From assembly GCF_004010195.1 (NCBI RefSeq), contig NC_057750.1:4102382-4166381 (forward strand): 64,000 bases of DNA, given 5' to 3'. A program made the translations under genes and the position numbers. Positions 52,700 through 64,000 of the stretch are shown piece after piece (within the stretch, counting starts at the first letter, position 1; every line of letters begins with the position of its first letter). The notes under the pieces are model-generated. The model saw only the letters and a program-made list of their open reading frames with translations, was not told where the DNA came from and did not search any database. This stretch comes from Chiloscyllium plagiosum. Its lineage: Eukaryota.

Positions 52700-53850
52700 G
52701 GCAGGAAGGGTGCATCTGTAAAGTATGCGGTGGGAACAAAGAGAATAATGTGCATGTGAAGTGGATTTTGAGGATTATACAGGCAGGGGAAGAGTGTGCT
52801 CTTTGTACGTGTGATATGTGTGTAGGGCAGGTGCAGAGATCTGTACAAGTAGACGGTTGAGGGAGGGGAGGAAGGTGCAGGAACCTGTGAATAAAGGCTG
52901 AGGTAGAGAGTTGCCCCTATGCTTGAGGATGGGTGGTTGCAGAGCAGAAACTGCACATGCAAGGGCATAGAGGGCTGGGTGGGGCCAAGAGAGGAGGCAA
53001 AGAACCTCTGTACAAAAAGGTGCAGGGGATGGGGTGGGGGTATGTAGAGAGAACAAGTGAGGCATTGGGGAGGGTGACATTGTTTGTATATTCATGCAAG
53101 GGTACCAGCGGTAGGTTGGGATGGAAACCATACATGTGGTAGGAGGGGAGGGGCTGTTTGTGCATGGAGTTGGGTTGGGAGGGTGTCAAGGATAGGGCTG
53201 CATGTACAATCACAGGAGGAGTTTGGATGTGGGGCTCAGGTGAGGCAGGCAGGGACTGTGCGTGATGGGTGTGTGGGTGTAGGGAGGACTGGGACTATAT
53301 CTGAGAGGTGCATGGACATTTGGAGTGGGGGAGAAATAGTGGAACGATATGCTAGGTAGGGGATAGAAGAACATGCCATATACATGCTGTATAGAGAGAC
53401 AGGAAAGGGAGGAACTCGACATGTGGATGTGGTGGGAAGGAAAAGAAATTGGACGTGTAGGAGGGGGAATATGAGAATGAGAAGGGAGAGATCTATGTTT
53501 GCATGTGCTGGGAGGGAGAGTGAGCATGAGAGATGCAGGGACATGTGGGGAGGGGCGGATTGCAGGGACTTGTGTGCATGGAGGCAAGAGTGAAGCTGAG
53601 GTGGGTAAGTAAAGGATGAGGTGGGTGGTGAAGAGACAAGGTTAAGGTGGATATGGGAATAAAAGATCGTTCAGGGATCTGTGCGAAGTAAAGGGACTTG
53701 TGCGAGTACACATAATGAGGGTAGTTGGAGAGAACAGTGGGAACCTTGCGGCTAGACTCTTGGATGGAAGAAAGTGGATGCATGCATGTAAGTCATCATG
53801 GAGTTGGATTTGGGTTGAGGTGGGGAGGAGGCTTATGTGCACACCGTACT
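52700..53850 (+). repeat. Purine/G-rich degenerate tandem-like tract
   Basis: Recurrent tgcatg/acatgt followed by gggaggg-type runs; strong strand asymmetry. Confidence 0.7.
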
Positions 53851-54034
53851 AATAGTCTAGCAAGGACAGGAAATGTGACTGGTGAGACCAGCAGCCCTGG
53901 TGTGAAATGTTGCTGCAAAAGGAAGTGATTTGTCTCAAATTTTTCAATAAAGGATAATCCGCAAACTGGGGAAACTGAGATAATGAATGGAGGGGCAATT
54001 GTTTTGGTTTTGTTTGGGAGGATTTTATACACGT

Positions 54035-54365
54035 GTGGTGTTGTGGTTTGTCAGTGACTCAGGTTAATGCTCTATGGATGTGGGTTTGAATCCCAACATG
54101 GTAGGTAAAGTTTGAATTTGTCTAATGAATCTTTGCTATTTACAGGAAAAGAATTTTTCTAACAGAAACCACAATTGTTGTAAAACCATCTGCTGTTTTA
54201 GGGAAGGATAATCTGCTACCCTCACCTGTGACTCCAGATCCACAATGTGGTTGACTCTCAACTACCTTCTGGCTTGCTTGACTGTTTCAATCAGCTAAAG
54301 GGCATTAGGGATGGACACAAATGCTGGCCTTGGTGGTGATGCCAAAATCCTATCAAAGAATAAAC
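54035..54365 (+). mobile_element. SINE-C: tRNA-like head with LINE-B-type 3' tail
   Basis: B-box-like ggtttgaatcc (~54083); body tttagggaagga...tgtgactccag...atgtggttgactctca; tail gggatggacacaaatgctggcc matches 11172-11194. Confidence 0.7.
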
Positions 54366-54479
54366 GTGGATGCATTAATTTAAAATTTTGCATTAAATCT
54401 TTCAACATCTTTATTAGAAGAACCTTAACAATGTGGACTTCACCAGTTTCCTCATTTCCCCTCCCCTCACCGTCCCCCG

Positions 54480-54545
54480 TTTTTGATTTTCCTGCTCCTC
54501 TGATGCTGCCTGACCTGCTGTGATTTTCCAGCATCACTCTAATCT
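54480..54545 (+). mobile_element. PLE family B terminal fragment
   Basis: Matches 40110-40172. Confidence 0.7.
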
Positions 54546-55140
54546 TCACTGTCACCTCTCAGGATAGAATTCGGCAACTATCACCACATTAGCTAGTTTT
54601 GTCTGCATTATAAATTTGAGTGAAGGATAAGGTATTTAGGAGTTAATTTGTTTTAAACTAACATGATCTTCTGCAGCATCATGTGCTATTGATCACTGAA
54701 TAAATGTGAACTTGTAATGCAAAGGAGTAGTTTAAAACGTAAAAGTTATCCATCAGAAATTAAATACTGCTTTGGTCAAGTGAATTTCTTTTTGGATTTT
54801 TGCATTTTTCAGTAAGCTATGGGCTTGCGATTCAGCACCCTCTGAATGTTTCGATGAAACTATTCCGATAAGATCCGTCCAGGTGCTCTAACTTGGATGT
54901 ATGTACAGCATCCTTGAGCAACTTTGTTTGGTTCTGCAGGAGCAAAAACACATACAAGTTCTTTTTGGTGACCCCTGATATTGTATATCGTGGATGGGCA
55001 ACAGTTGTGCTGCTTCACAGCAACCTCTGAATGCCGCCCTTCTCAATAACTTCAACTCTATAGATGTCCACTTTCAATTTTGTAGAGTCAACGCAAGATG
55101 TTTGTGCTTCCTTGGCTTTTCTCTGGTTTATTGAATACCG

Positions 55141-55232
55141 AGCTGAAAATGTGTTGCTGGAAAAGCGCAGCAGGCCAGGCAGCATCCAAGGAACAGAAGA
55201 ATCGACGTTTCGGGCATAAGCCCTTCTTCAGG
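55141..55232 (-). mobile_element. PLE family B terminal fragment with intact hammerhead core (55201-55232)
   Basis: Reverse: c-CTGAAGA-A-GGGC-TTAT-GCCC-GAAAC-GTC-gatt; stem I is cut to 1 bp by truncation. Confidence 0.8.
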
Positions 55233-55550
55233 CCGTAATGGCAGGATTGATTTATAGTCCACTCCTTGGAAAAATTAAAAATGGCAATGTAACAATAGAT
55301 CAGGATTGCCTGCAACTTGACCGGATGCAGGAAGACCTAGCAAATCTTCAGCTTCTAAGTAACTTCAGCACAGCTTCCAGTTGGTAGTGTGACAATTTGC
55401 ATTAGGAGAATATCAAATTCTGGTTGAAGTGCCAAAATGTTTGCTGTACAGTTTATAACACCTATTCCAGATGAACTACCTGGCACCATGACCAAAAATA
55501 TAGTCAAAAAGCTAGATTTTCAGAAGCATCTTAACAAAAAGACTTCCTTG

Positions 55551-56062
55551 CATAGGAAGGATGTTGTGAAACTTGAAAGGGTTCAGAAATGATTTACAAG
55601 GATGTTGCCAGGGTTGGAGGGTTTGAACTACAGGGAGAGGCTGAATAGACTGGGTTATTTTCTTTGGAGCGTCGGAGGCTGAGGGGTGACCTTATAGAGG
55701 TTTACAAAATTGAGGGGCATGGATAGGATAAGTACCCAAGGTCTTTTGCCTGGGGTGGGGGAGAGTCCAGAACTAGAGGGCATATGTTTAGAGTGAGAGG
55801 GGAAAGATATAAAAGAGACCTAAGGGGCAACTTTTTCACACACAGAGTGGTACGTGGTTGAAATGAGCTGCCAGAGGAAGTGATGGAGGCTGGTACAATT
55901 ACAACAGTTAAAAATCATCTGAATGAGTATATGAATAGGAATGTTTCAAGTCATATGGGACAAATGCTGGTACATGGGATTAGATTAATTTGGGATATCT
56001 GGTCGGCATGGACGAGTTGGACCAAAAGGTCTGTTTCCATGCTGTACATCTCTATGACTCTG
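55551..56062 (+). mobile_element. CR1 (HER1-like) 3' fragment
   Basis: Collinear with 41422-42045. Confidence 0.95.
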
Positions 56063-58889
56063 TGTTAAGATTTAAAGAGGGAATTCAAGGGTTATGGGTT
56101 GCCAAAGTTGTAACCACCAATGACGGAGCAGTAATGAAGTGGGAATGGGAAGGAGATCAGAATTGGAGGAAATGCCAATTCAGAAGGTTTTGGGAATGGA
56201 AGAGATGAGAAAAAAACGAATGATTTGAAAACCAAGATGAGAGTTTTAAAGTCAAGTTCAGACAGAGTTCTCAGTTCAAGATGATCTAATACTGGTTTCA
56301 GCTTGCTGATTGCTGGGTTTGGCAACTTTCCATGATCTGTAGATTGATATTACCAGCTCTGGCGACTAGAACAAAATAACTTCCAAAACCAGCAGAACAC
56401 AGTTCAAGATGTTACTGGTTATCTTAATTTTTGTGATTTTTTTTTGAAAGAAGATACTTGTTTCTCTATTATTCTATTAAATTAACATCTTATTGTACAT
56501 GAGACAAACCCAAGCTCATGTCTATATAGAACTGCTTATAATGGGCTGTGTTATATACCTTTCTGAATAAATTTGAAAGACAGTTACGTTACCAGTTTTG
56601 AGAAGATTTATAGCTCAGATTGAGGTTCTGGATGTCTACCTTGGTCAAACAGGCAGAAAACTAGCCACCAGGATACATGAACATCAACTAGCCATAAAAA
56701 GACATGATCCACTATCACTAGTATCATGAATCCTATCAGATTGAATGGATCAGTTGGAACGACAGTTACAGGCAATGATGAATTTACAAGAGCAAGGGGT
56801 TGTGATGGATGGCAGTTATAGGAATGGGAAAAGTAGCAGATACAGTCACATAGATGGGTTAACTCCAGGAAAGGTAAGAGAAGTAGGCAGGTAGTGCCTA
56901 TCTCCATTCTGTGGCTATCCCCATTTCAAACAAGTATGCTGCTTTGGAAAATGTAGGGGATGATGGATTCTCAGGGGAATGTAGCATGAACAGCTAAGTT
57001 TCTGTATGGAGACTGGCTGTAATGCAATGAGGGTTACGTCAGGTTCCAAGAGATCGATGTGTTAGGGGACTCTGTAGTCCAAAGCACAAACAGATGTTTC
57101 TGTGGCTAGCAGCAAAAAATCAGAATGGTGTTGCTGCCCTGGTGCCAGGATCAAGGATGTCTGAGAGAATGTTCTCAAGGGGGGGAGGGCACAGCAGGAG
57201 GTCATTGTACACATTGGAACCAATGACTTAGGAAGGGAAAAGGTTGTGATTCTGAAGGGAGAATATAGAGAGTAAGGCAGAAATTTTAAAAGGAGGTCCC
57301 CGAGTAGTAATATCTGGATTACCTCTGGTGCTATAAGCTAGTGAGGGTAGGAATAGGACAATAGAGCAGATGAATGCATGACTGAGGAACTTTTGAATGG
57401 GAGAAGGATTCACATTTTTGGATCATTGGAATCCATTCTGGGGTAGATGTGACCTTTATAAGGAGGATGGATTGCACCTGAATTGGAGGGGGACAAATAT
57501 ACTAGCAGGCAGATTTGCTAGAGCTGCTTGGGAGGATTTAAACTAGTAAGCTTGGGGAGGGTGGAGGGGTTGGTGGGATCCAGAGAGATAGTGAGGAAAG
57601 AGATCAATCTGGAACTGGTACAGTTGAGAACAGAAGCAAGTCAAACAGTCAGGGCAGGCAGGGACAAAGCAGAGAAAAAGGTTGGACTGATAAATTGGAC
57701 TGCATTTATTTCAATGCAAGAGGCCTAACAGAGAAAGCAGATGAACTCAGGGCATGATATGGAACATGGGATATCATAGCAATTACAGAAACGTGGCTCA
57801 GGGATGGACAGGATTTGCAGCCTAATGTTCCAGGATACAAATGCTACAGAAAAGGAGGCAAGAGAGGAGGGGGAGTGGTGTTTTTGATCAGGGATAGCAT
57901 TACAGCTGTACTGAGGGAGGATATTCCTGGAAATACATCCAGGGAAATTATTTGGGTGGAACTGAGAAACAAGAAAGGGATGATAACCTTATTGGGATTG
58001 TATTGTGGACCCCTTAATAGTCAGCAGGAAATTGAGAAAAAAATTTGTAAGCAGATCTCCGCTATCTGTAAGAATAGTAAGGTGGTTATGGAAGGGATTT
58101 TAATATTGCAAACATGGACTGGGACTGCGATAGTGTTAAGGGATTAGATTGAGAGGAATTTAAGTGTGTACAAGAAAATTTTCTGATTCAGTATGTGGAT
58201 GTGCCTACTAGAGAAGGTGCAAAACTTGATCTACTCTTGGGAAATAAGGCAGGGCAGGTGACTGAGGTGTCAGTTGGGGAGCACTTTGGGGCCAGCGATC
58301 ATAATTCTGTTAGTTTTGAAATAGTGATGGAAAAGGATGGACCAGATCTAAAAGTTGAAATTCTAAATTAGAGGAAGGCTAATTTTGATGGTATTAGGCA
58401 AAACTTTCAAAAACTGATTGGGGGCAGATGTTTGCAGGTAAAGGGATGGCTGGAAAATGGGAAGCCTTCAGAAATGAGATAACTGAAATCCAGAGAAAGT
58501 ATATTCCTGTTGGGGTGAAAGGTAAGGCTGGTAAGTGTAGGGAATGCTGGATGACTAAAGAAATTGAAGGTATAGACAGGAGAGATTGAGTGAATCCTTA
58601 GTGTATAAAGGCAGTCGGAGTATACTTAAGAGGGAAATCAGGAGGGCAAAAAAGGGATATGAGATAGCTTTGGCAAATAGAGTTAAGGAGAATCTAAAGG
58701 GTTTTTACAAATACATTAAGGACAAAAGAGTAACTCGGAAGAAAATAGGGCCCCTCAAAGATCAGCAAGGTGGCCTTTGTGTGGAGCTACAGGAGATAAC
58801 TAAAATAGTATTTTGCATCAGTGTTTGCTGTGGAAAAGGACATGGGAGATATAGAATGTAGAGAAGTAGATGGTGACATCTTGAAAAAT

Positions 58890-59000
58890 CAATAAACTGC
58901 GGGACATACCAACAGTGATTCATCTGGAAGCTCACTGATGTTACCTAGCAAACCTATATCCAGAACCTCAACCTGAGCTACAAATCTTTTCAAAATGCTG
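58890..59000 (+). mobile_element. PLE family A terminal fragment nested in CR1
   Basis: Perfect TSD tcttgaaaaat (58879-58889 / 59001-59011); ends ccagaacctcaacctgagctacaaatctt as at 2456-2485. Confidence 0.9.
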
Positions 59001-59312
59001 TCTTGAAAAATGTCCATATTACAGAAGGGTAAGTGCTGGATGTTTTGAAACTGATAAATCCCCAGGACCTGATCAGGTGTACCTTAGAACTCTGGAAAAT
59101 GGGAAGCTAGGGAAGTGAATGCTGGGCCTCTTGCTGTGGTATTTGTATCATTGATAGTCACAGGTGAGGTGCCAGAAGACTGGAGGATGGCTAACGTAGT
59201 GCCACTATTTAATAAGGGTGGTAAGGGCAAACCAGGGAACTATACACAGGTGAGCCTGATGTTGGTGGTGGGCAAATTGTTGGAGGGAGTCCTGAGGGAC
59301 ACGATCTGTGTA

Positions 59313-60129
59313 CAGAGGAAGCTCAATTATCTGAATGAGATGGGCAGGCACTATGTTGTTCTGATAATTCATTATCTGGTTAATTGATTCAATGTCTCTC
59401 CTCTGAAACTCGAAGTTTTCTGAAGTTTCCTTTTTCCTCATTCTATCTGCCTTGCTCCCTCTTGGTGTCTCAGGGTTTGTTTCTGAGCAGACACACACAT
59501 TTGTGTAAGGGACCTGCAACATTGCTGAAGCCCCTCGCCATCAGTTCAAAGGGATTGACACAGGCAGCATTTGCGAAGTCTACTTGCGAAGTTCAGGAGA
59601 CGAGGCAGCAGCACACCATGTGCAACCCCGCCCCTCCATTGACCCCTCCCCAACCCTGACCCCATTCCAACTGAACGTCTCAGCTCGCCCCCCCCATCTG
59701 CCCCTAACCCTGCCCCGTCCGACCTCTTTCACCCCCCCTCCCCAAAAACCCATCCAACCCATCCATCACCACCCCCCACCCACATTCTGCACCCCTGCCT
59801 CCCATCCATGTACAGGATATGTTTGGAGAGATTATCTGGGGAAGGGCGGTGGGGGGGTTCAGGGTACATACCTGTGGAGAACTCCAGGGCAAGGGACGGC
59901 GGGGGGAGAGGTCAGTCATTTGGAGATGGTGCCTGGGCTCCCAATCGATGTCTGGGGCTGTTCTTGGCAGCATTTCAGTTCGCCTGGTTCATTTTTAATC
60001 ATTATAAACAAAAGGTGCAATCAATGTTGGAAACATCTCTTTGCTGTAATGTTTCTGTCGGGACCTTGAGATCTCCTTTGGATATTCCGATATTTGGATA
60101 ATTGATTTTGGAAAATCAAGGTTCCTCTG
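59313..60129. mobile_element. Non-autonomous Tc1/mariner-pogo (Tigger-like) DNA transposon nested in CR1
   Basis: TA TSD (59311-59312 / 60130-60131); TIRs cagaggaagctcaattatc / reverse cagaggaaccttgattttc; no transposase; C-rich interior. Confidence 0.9.
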
Positions 60130-62266
60130 TATCTAGAAATGCAAAGACTGATGAGGGATAGTCAACATGGCTTTGTACATGAGAAATCGTGTCTCAAACG
60201 TGATTGAGTGTTTTGAAGAAGTAAAAGGGTTGATGAGGGCAGGGTGGTAGATGTGATCTATATGATCTATCAGTAAGGTTCCTCATGGTAGACTGGTTAG
60301 CAAGGTGAGATCTCATGGAATACAGGGAGAACTAGCCATTTGGATACAGAACTGGCTCAAAGGTAGAAGACAGAGGGTGGTGGTGGAGGGTTGATTTTCA
60401 GACTGGAGGCCTGTGACCAGTGGAATGCCACAGGGATCGGTGCTGGAACTTCGACTTTTTGTCATTTACATCAATGATTTGGATGTGAGCATAAGAGGTA
60501 CAGTTAGTAAGTTTGCAGATGACATCAAAATTGAAGGTGTAGTGAACAGCGAAGAGGGTTACCTCAGATTACAACAGGATCTGGACCAGATGGGCCAATG
60601 GGGTAGATAGAAGAAGGTGTTTGGTATGCTTTCCTTTATTGGTCAGAGTATTGAGTACAGGAGTTGAGAGGTCATGTTGCGGCTGTACAGGACATTGGTT
60701 AGGCCACTGTTGGAATATTGCGTGCAATTCTGGTCTCCTTCCCATCAGAAAGATGTTGTGAAACTTGAAAGGGTTCAGAAAAGATGTTGTTAGGGTTTGA
60801 GGATATGAGCTATAGGGAGAGGCTGAATAGGCTAGGGCTGTTTTCCCTGGAGCGTTGGAGGCTGAGGGGTGACCTTATGGAGGTTTATAAAATTGAAGGG
60901 CATGGATAGGATAAATAGACAAAGTCTTTTCCCTGGGGTGGGGGAGTCCAGAAATAGAGGGCATAGGTTTTGGGTGAGACGAGAAAGATAGAGATCTAAG
61001 GGGCAACTTTTTCATGTAGAGGGTGGTACATGTGTGGAATGAGCTGCCAGAGGAAGTGGTGGAGGCTGGTACAATTGCAACATTTAAGAGGCATTTGGAT
61101 GGGTATATGAATAGGAAGGGTTTGGAGGGATATGGGCGGGGCGCTGGCACGTAGGACCAGATTGGGTTGGGATATGTGGTCGGCATGGATGAGTTGGACC
61201 AAAGGGTCTGTTTCCATGCTGTACATCTGACTCTATGACCACTTCTATTGGGACAACACATCCATCATAGGGCACGCCAAACAGAGAATTTCTAGAAGAA
61301 AGGCTTTCCAGCCGGAACTCTATCAAGAAGCACATCAACTTGGACCCCATTTACCAATCTCTGAGAAAAAAAATGGGAAATGACATCACCACAGGAACTG
61401 ACATCACCAACTGAAGGAAACCGAAACACATCAATAGAAATTGGTTACTAATGCCAGTGCTTCATCGGAGACTCACTGATACCTCATATGATAACAAAAC
61501 GTCTGAAATGAACCTTCCAGCTCAGCCAGCAAACTTACATCCAGTTATGTTACCAATTGGTATTTTGGCTACAATCTTAAATTTTGGTCTGCTAAGTTAT
61601 CACACTTTTTTGCAAATTGCCATTCTTTGTCCAATAGCCTTGCTCTTGAAAGCTTAAAAATCTTCATTTAAATTCTCTTCCTTTCCCTCTTTTGTTATTA
61701 ACTTTCAAAGCGTCTGCCTCTTCAACACACACCATCCCCTAAACCACCGTCCCTGAAGTTCCTTTTATACGGCTCTGTCTTGTCCATTAAACTAAATCCA
61801 CCTTGGTGTTTGTATAACTTTGTTGAACATCACTTTTTGAGTTGAGGTAGGTGATTAAAAATGAGGTGCCTTGCTACTGTATAGATGTTTGCTGAATAAT
61901 GAGGAGCCATCAATAGGATATGCGTGGGCATGTGGAATGTCCTCACCATATCGACTTGAGCTATGAAGGAAACCTGCCAAATATTGATTTCCTGCACTGC
62001 CGAGAGGAAAGTGAGATGCTTTACCATGAAATATTAGGAGATTGTTTTGAGGTGAATAGAATGGCTTAAATTATATTAGCAATGAGGCTTTTGTGTCGAA
62101 TATTGTTGCCGTTTAATAAACCTTAGTGGTTGCGGTGAATGGATCTACTGTACATGTAGGATATATCTTAGTCTCTATCTATATAAGGGAATCCTGGGCT
62201 GCCTCTGTCCCCAACCCTCCTCTCACTCAGCCAAGGACATGGAAGTCCTGGGCTGCCTCTGTGTAA

Positions 62267-62384
62267 GGGCTTCTGCCCGAAACGTCGATTCTCCTGTTCC
62301 CTGGATGCTGCCTGACCTGCTGCGCTTTTCCAGCAACACACTTTCAGCTCTGATCTCCAGCATCTGCAGACCTCACTTTCTCCC
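62267..62384 (+). mobile_element. PLE family B terminal element
   Basis: TSD gcctctgtgtaa (62255-62266) / gcctctatgtaa (62385-62396); begins inside the hammerhead (GGGCttctGCCC-GAAAC-GTC). Confidence 0.85.
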
Positions 62385-62393
62385 GCCTCTATG

Positions 62394-62832
62394 TAAACCT
62401 TTCCTATTCATATACCCATCCAGATGCTTTTTAAATGTTGTAATTGTACCAGCCTCCATCACTTCCTCAGGCAGCTCAATCCATACATGCATCACCCTCT
62501 GCGTGAAAACATTGCCCCTCAAGTTTCTTTTTTCCCCTCTCACCTTAAACAGATGCCATCTAGTTTGGGCACCCCTACCCTGGAAAGAAACTTTAGCTAT
62601 TCACCCTATCCATGCCCTTCATGATTTTATAAACCTCTATAAGGTCACCTCTCAGCCTCCAATGCTCCAGGGAAAATGACCCCAGTTGATTCAGTGTTCC
62701 CTACAGCTCAAACCCTCCAACCCTGGCAACATCCTTGGAAATTTTTTTTTGAACCCTATCAATTTTCGCAATATCCTTCCTATAGCTGGGAAACCAGAAT
62801 TGCACGCAGTATTCCAGAAGTGTTCTAACCAA
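62394..62832 (-). mobile_element. CR1 3' fragment
   Basis: FPRMLPGLEGLSCRE (ORF 62691-62963); reverse match to 55560-55940. Confidence 0.9.
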
Positions 62833-64000
62833 AATGGCATGGTGAAAAATTTATAAAAATGCCTGTTCTCAATGGTAAGAATGTATAGATTCCACTCCCC
62901 CAGCTCTCTCGCATTTATCTCTAAGAAGTTGAAACTTTGAAGTACGCAATTGTTCCTCAACATTTTATTCTCCTTCCTCCCTTATCCTAAGTTATTCTCA
63001 AGATCCTTCCCCTCCACGTTGTTCTCCTTCCTCTTCCCCCCCCATTATTATTCTCCTTCACCTACCCATCCCTGTTGTTTTCCTTTCCCCACCTCAGCAT
63101 TATCCGCCTGCCACCCCCCGTTTCCCAATGTTCTCCCTCCCCTTGCAACCTGCTGTATCCATAGTATAGAGCTGCAACCTACTCCTCATTTAGTGATGTT
63201 TCAAATGGTTAACTGAAGTATTTCCGAACGAAAGCTTGCAGCATCCTGAAGTGCATGTAAACACTTAGGCTCATGCAGACTCCCAGATTTAAGGCATCTA
63301 CTTGTATTGGCTGACTTGGTGACCTTGCCAGCAGTCCTGTAGACATGTTAATAGATGGGTTGATTGCAGACTGAGATATGAGAAACTTACTCTCACTGAG
63401 CTCAGGCTTGAATTTCAAATAGTTTGAGTCTGTGTTATTTAGTGAAGCTTTATTCCTGTTTCCACTTAAGCAACTGTTGGTTTACAGACTATCATAAAAG
63501 CTTAATATCTAACTAATTTTTAAAATTAGAACATCTCTGGAATCAGGTTTTTCTTAATTGTAAGAATTGATGGCTTCATTAGGAAAACTGGCTAGGGACA
63601 GTCTTGACTCTAAATTGAGAAACTTGAGTTTTCAGAGCAGAAATGACTCAATCACTGAAGCACCCATGGCTTAATGATTTTATCTCCCTAACTCCCCCCA
63701 TACATTCTCCCTGAGTGATTCCTGCACATGGCCTCATATCATATCTTTGCTTTTGTAATGTGAGGAATACACTGGTGGGAGAGGGTACTGGGTGAAATAA
63801 AAGATTTAGTTTAAGAGAATCCTAATTTTGTGCTTTCTCTGTGATAATGCTCCTTTCTGCTGGCTGTGTGGTTCAGGGTACAAAGTAATTGTACTTGTAA
63901 AGAGATCTTGATCTTGGCCACAGAGTTACACAAACTGAAGCAAGTGGCTGGGATGGCTGTCACACAGGGTGGTTGGCAGTTTATTCCATACCTGTCATGG

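Larger units (their letters stand above)
56735..61237 (+). mobile_element. Nearly full-length CR1 LINE (ORF1 SGNH esterase + ORF2 APE-RT), pseudogenised
   Basis: ORF1 motifs LGDS (57062), PGAR (57138), VHIGTND (57207), DGLHLN (57466). ORF2 motifs YFNARG (57707), AITETWL (57779), SDHN (58293), SKFADDIK (60506). Internal deletion near 60605. Confidence 0.95.
56598..61541 (+). mobile_element. PLE family A copy split by a CR1 insertion (PLE parts 56598-56730 and 61238-61541)
   Basis: Left part: inverted tail then GQTGRKLATRIHEHQLAIKRHDPLSLVS (GIY-YIG). Right part: HFYWDNTSIIGHAKQR then terminal repeat. TSD cagttacgttaccagtt (56581-56597) / cagttatgttaccaatt (61542-61558). Confidence 0.9.

Noticed and set aside
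52666..53928. Cluster of overlapping Pro/His- or Gly-rich ORFs
   Set aside because: Artefact of low-complexity purine-rich sequence.
59580..60101. Pro-rich 161-aa ORF inside the MITE
   Set aside because: Derived from the C-rich tract; no DDE or HTH motifs.
62960..63190. Pyrimidine-rich tract
   Set aside because: Simple low-complexity sequence with no discernible period or boundaries.

Overview
Eukaryotic, AT-rich, non-coding DNA from a cartilaginous fish (elasmobranch). This is inferred from HE1-type tRNA-derived SINEs, HER1/CR1 LINEs and Deu-domain SINE relics recognised from memory; no database was searched. The window looks like one long intron or intergenic region. The + strand is T/G-rich and has one good candidate short exon (44249-44358), which suggests a + strand host transcript. 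I found no recognisable host protein-coding gene, rRNA, tRNA gene or CRISPR array. Roughly half the window is decayed mobile DNA: many CR1 LINE pieces (one nearly full length, with an SGNH-esterase ORF1), a second CR1/L2-group LINE, a decayed Ty3/Gypsy element plus a solo LTR, a Tigger/pogo-type MITE, three SINE types, and about 18 Penelope-like element (PLE) insertions from at least three terminal-repeat families. The most interesting signal is in the PLE termini. They carry minimal type-I hammerhead ribozyme motifs (CTGANGA-stem II-GAAA with a palindromic helix III, ACGT or AGCT), several with intact cores. They also share a fold-back architecture with 10-17 bp target-site duplications (TSDs) and a one-sided tail extension. 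Other points: a three-level nest (PLE > CR1 > PLE + MITE), a probable 0.6 kb inversion with a 57-bp inverted breakpoint duplication next to a PLE, and a TGCATG-rich purine tract. PLE hammerheads are a known class, so I cannot claim a wholly new system. Boundaries of old repeats are approximate.
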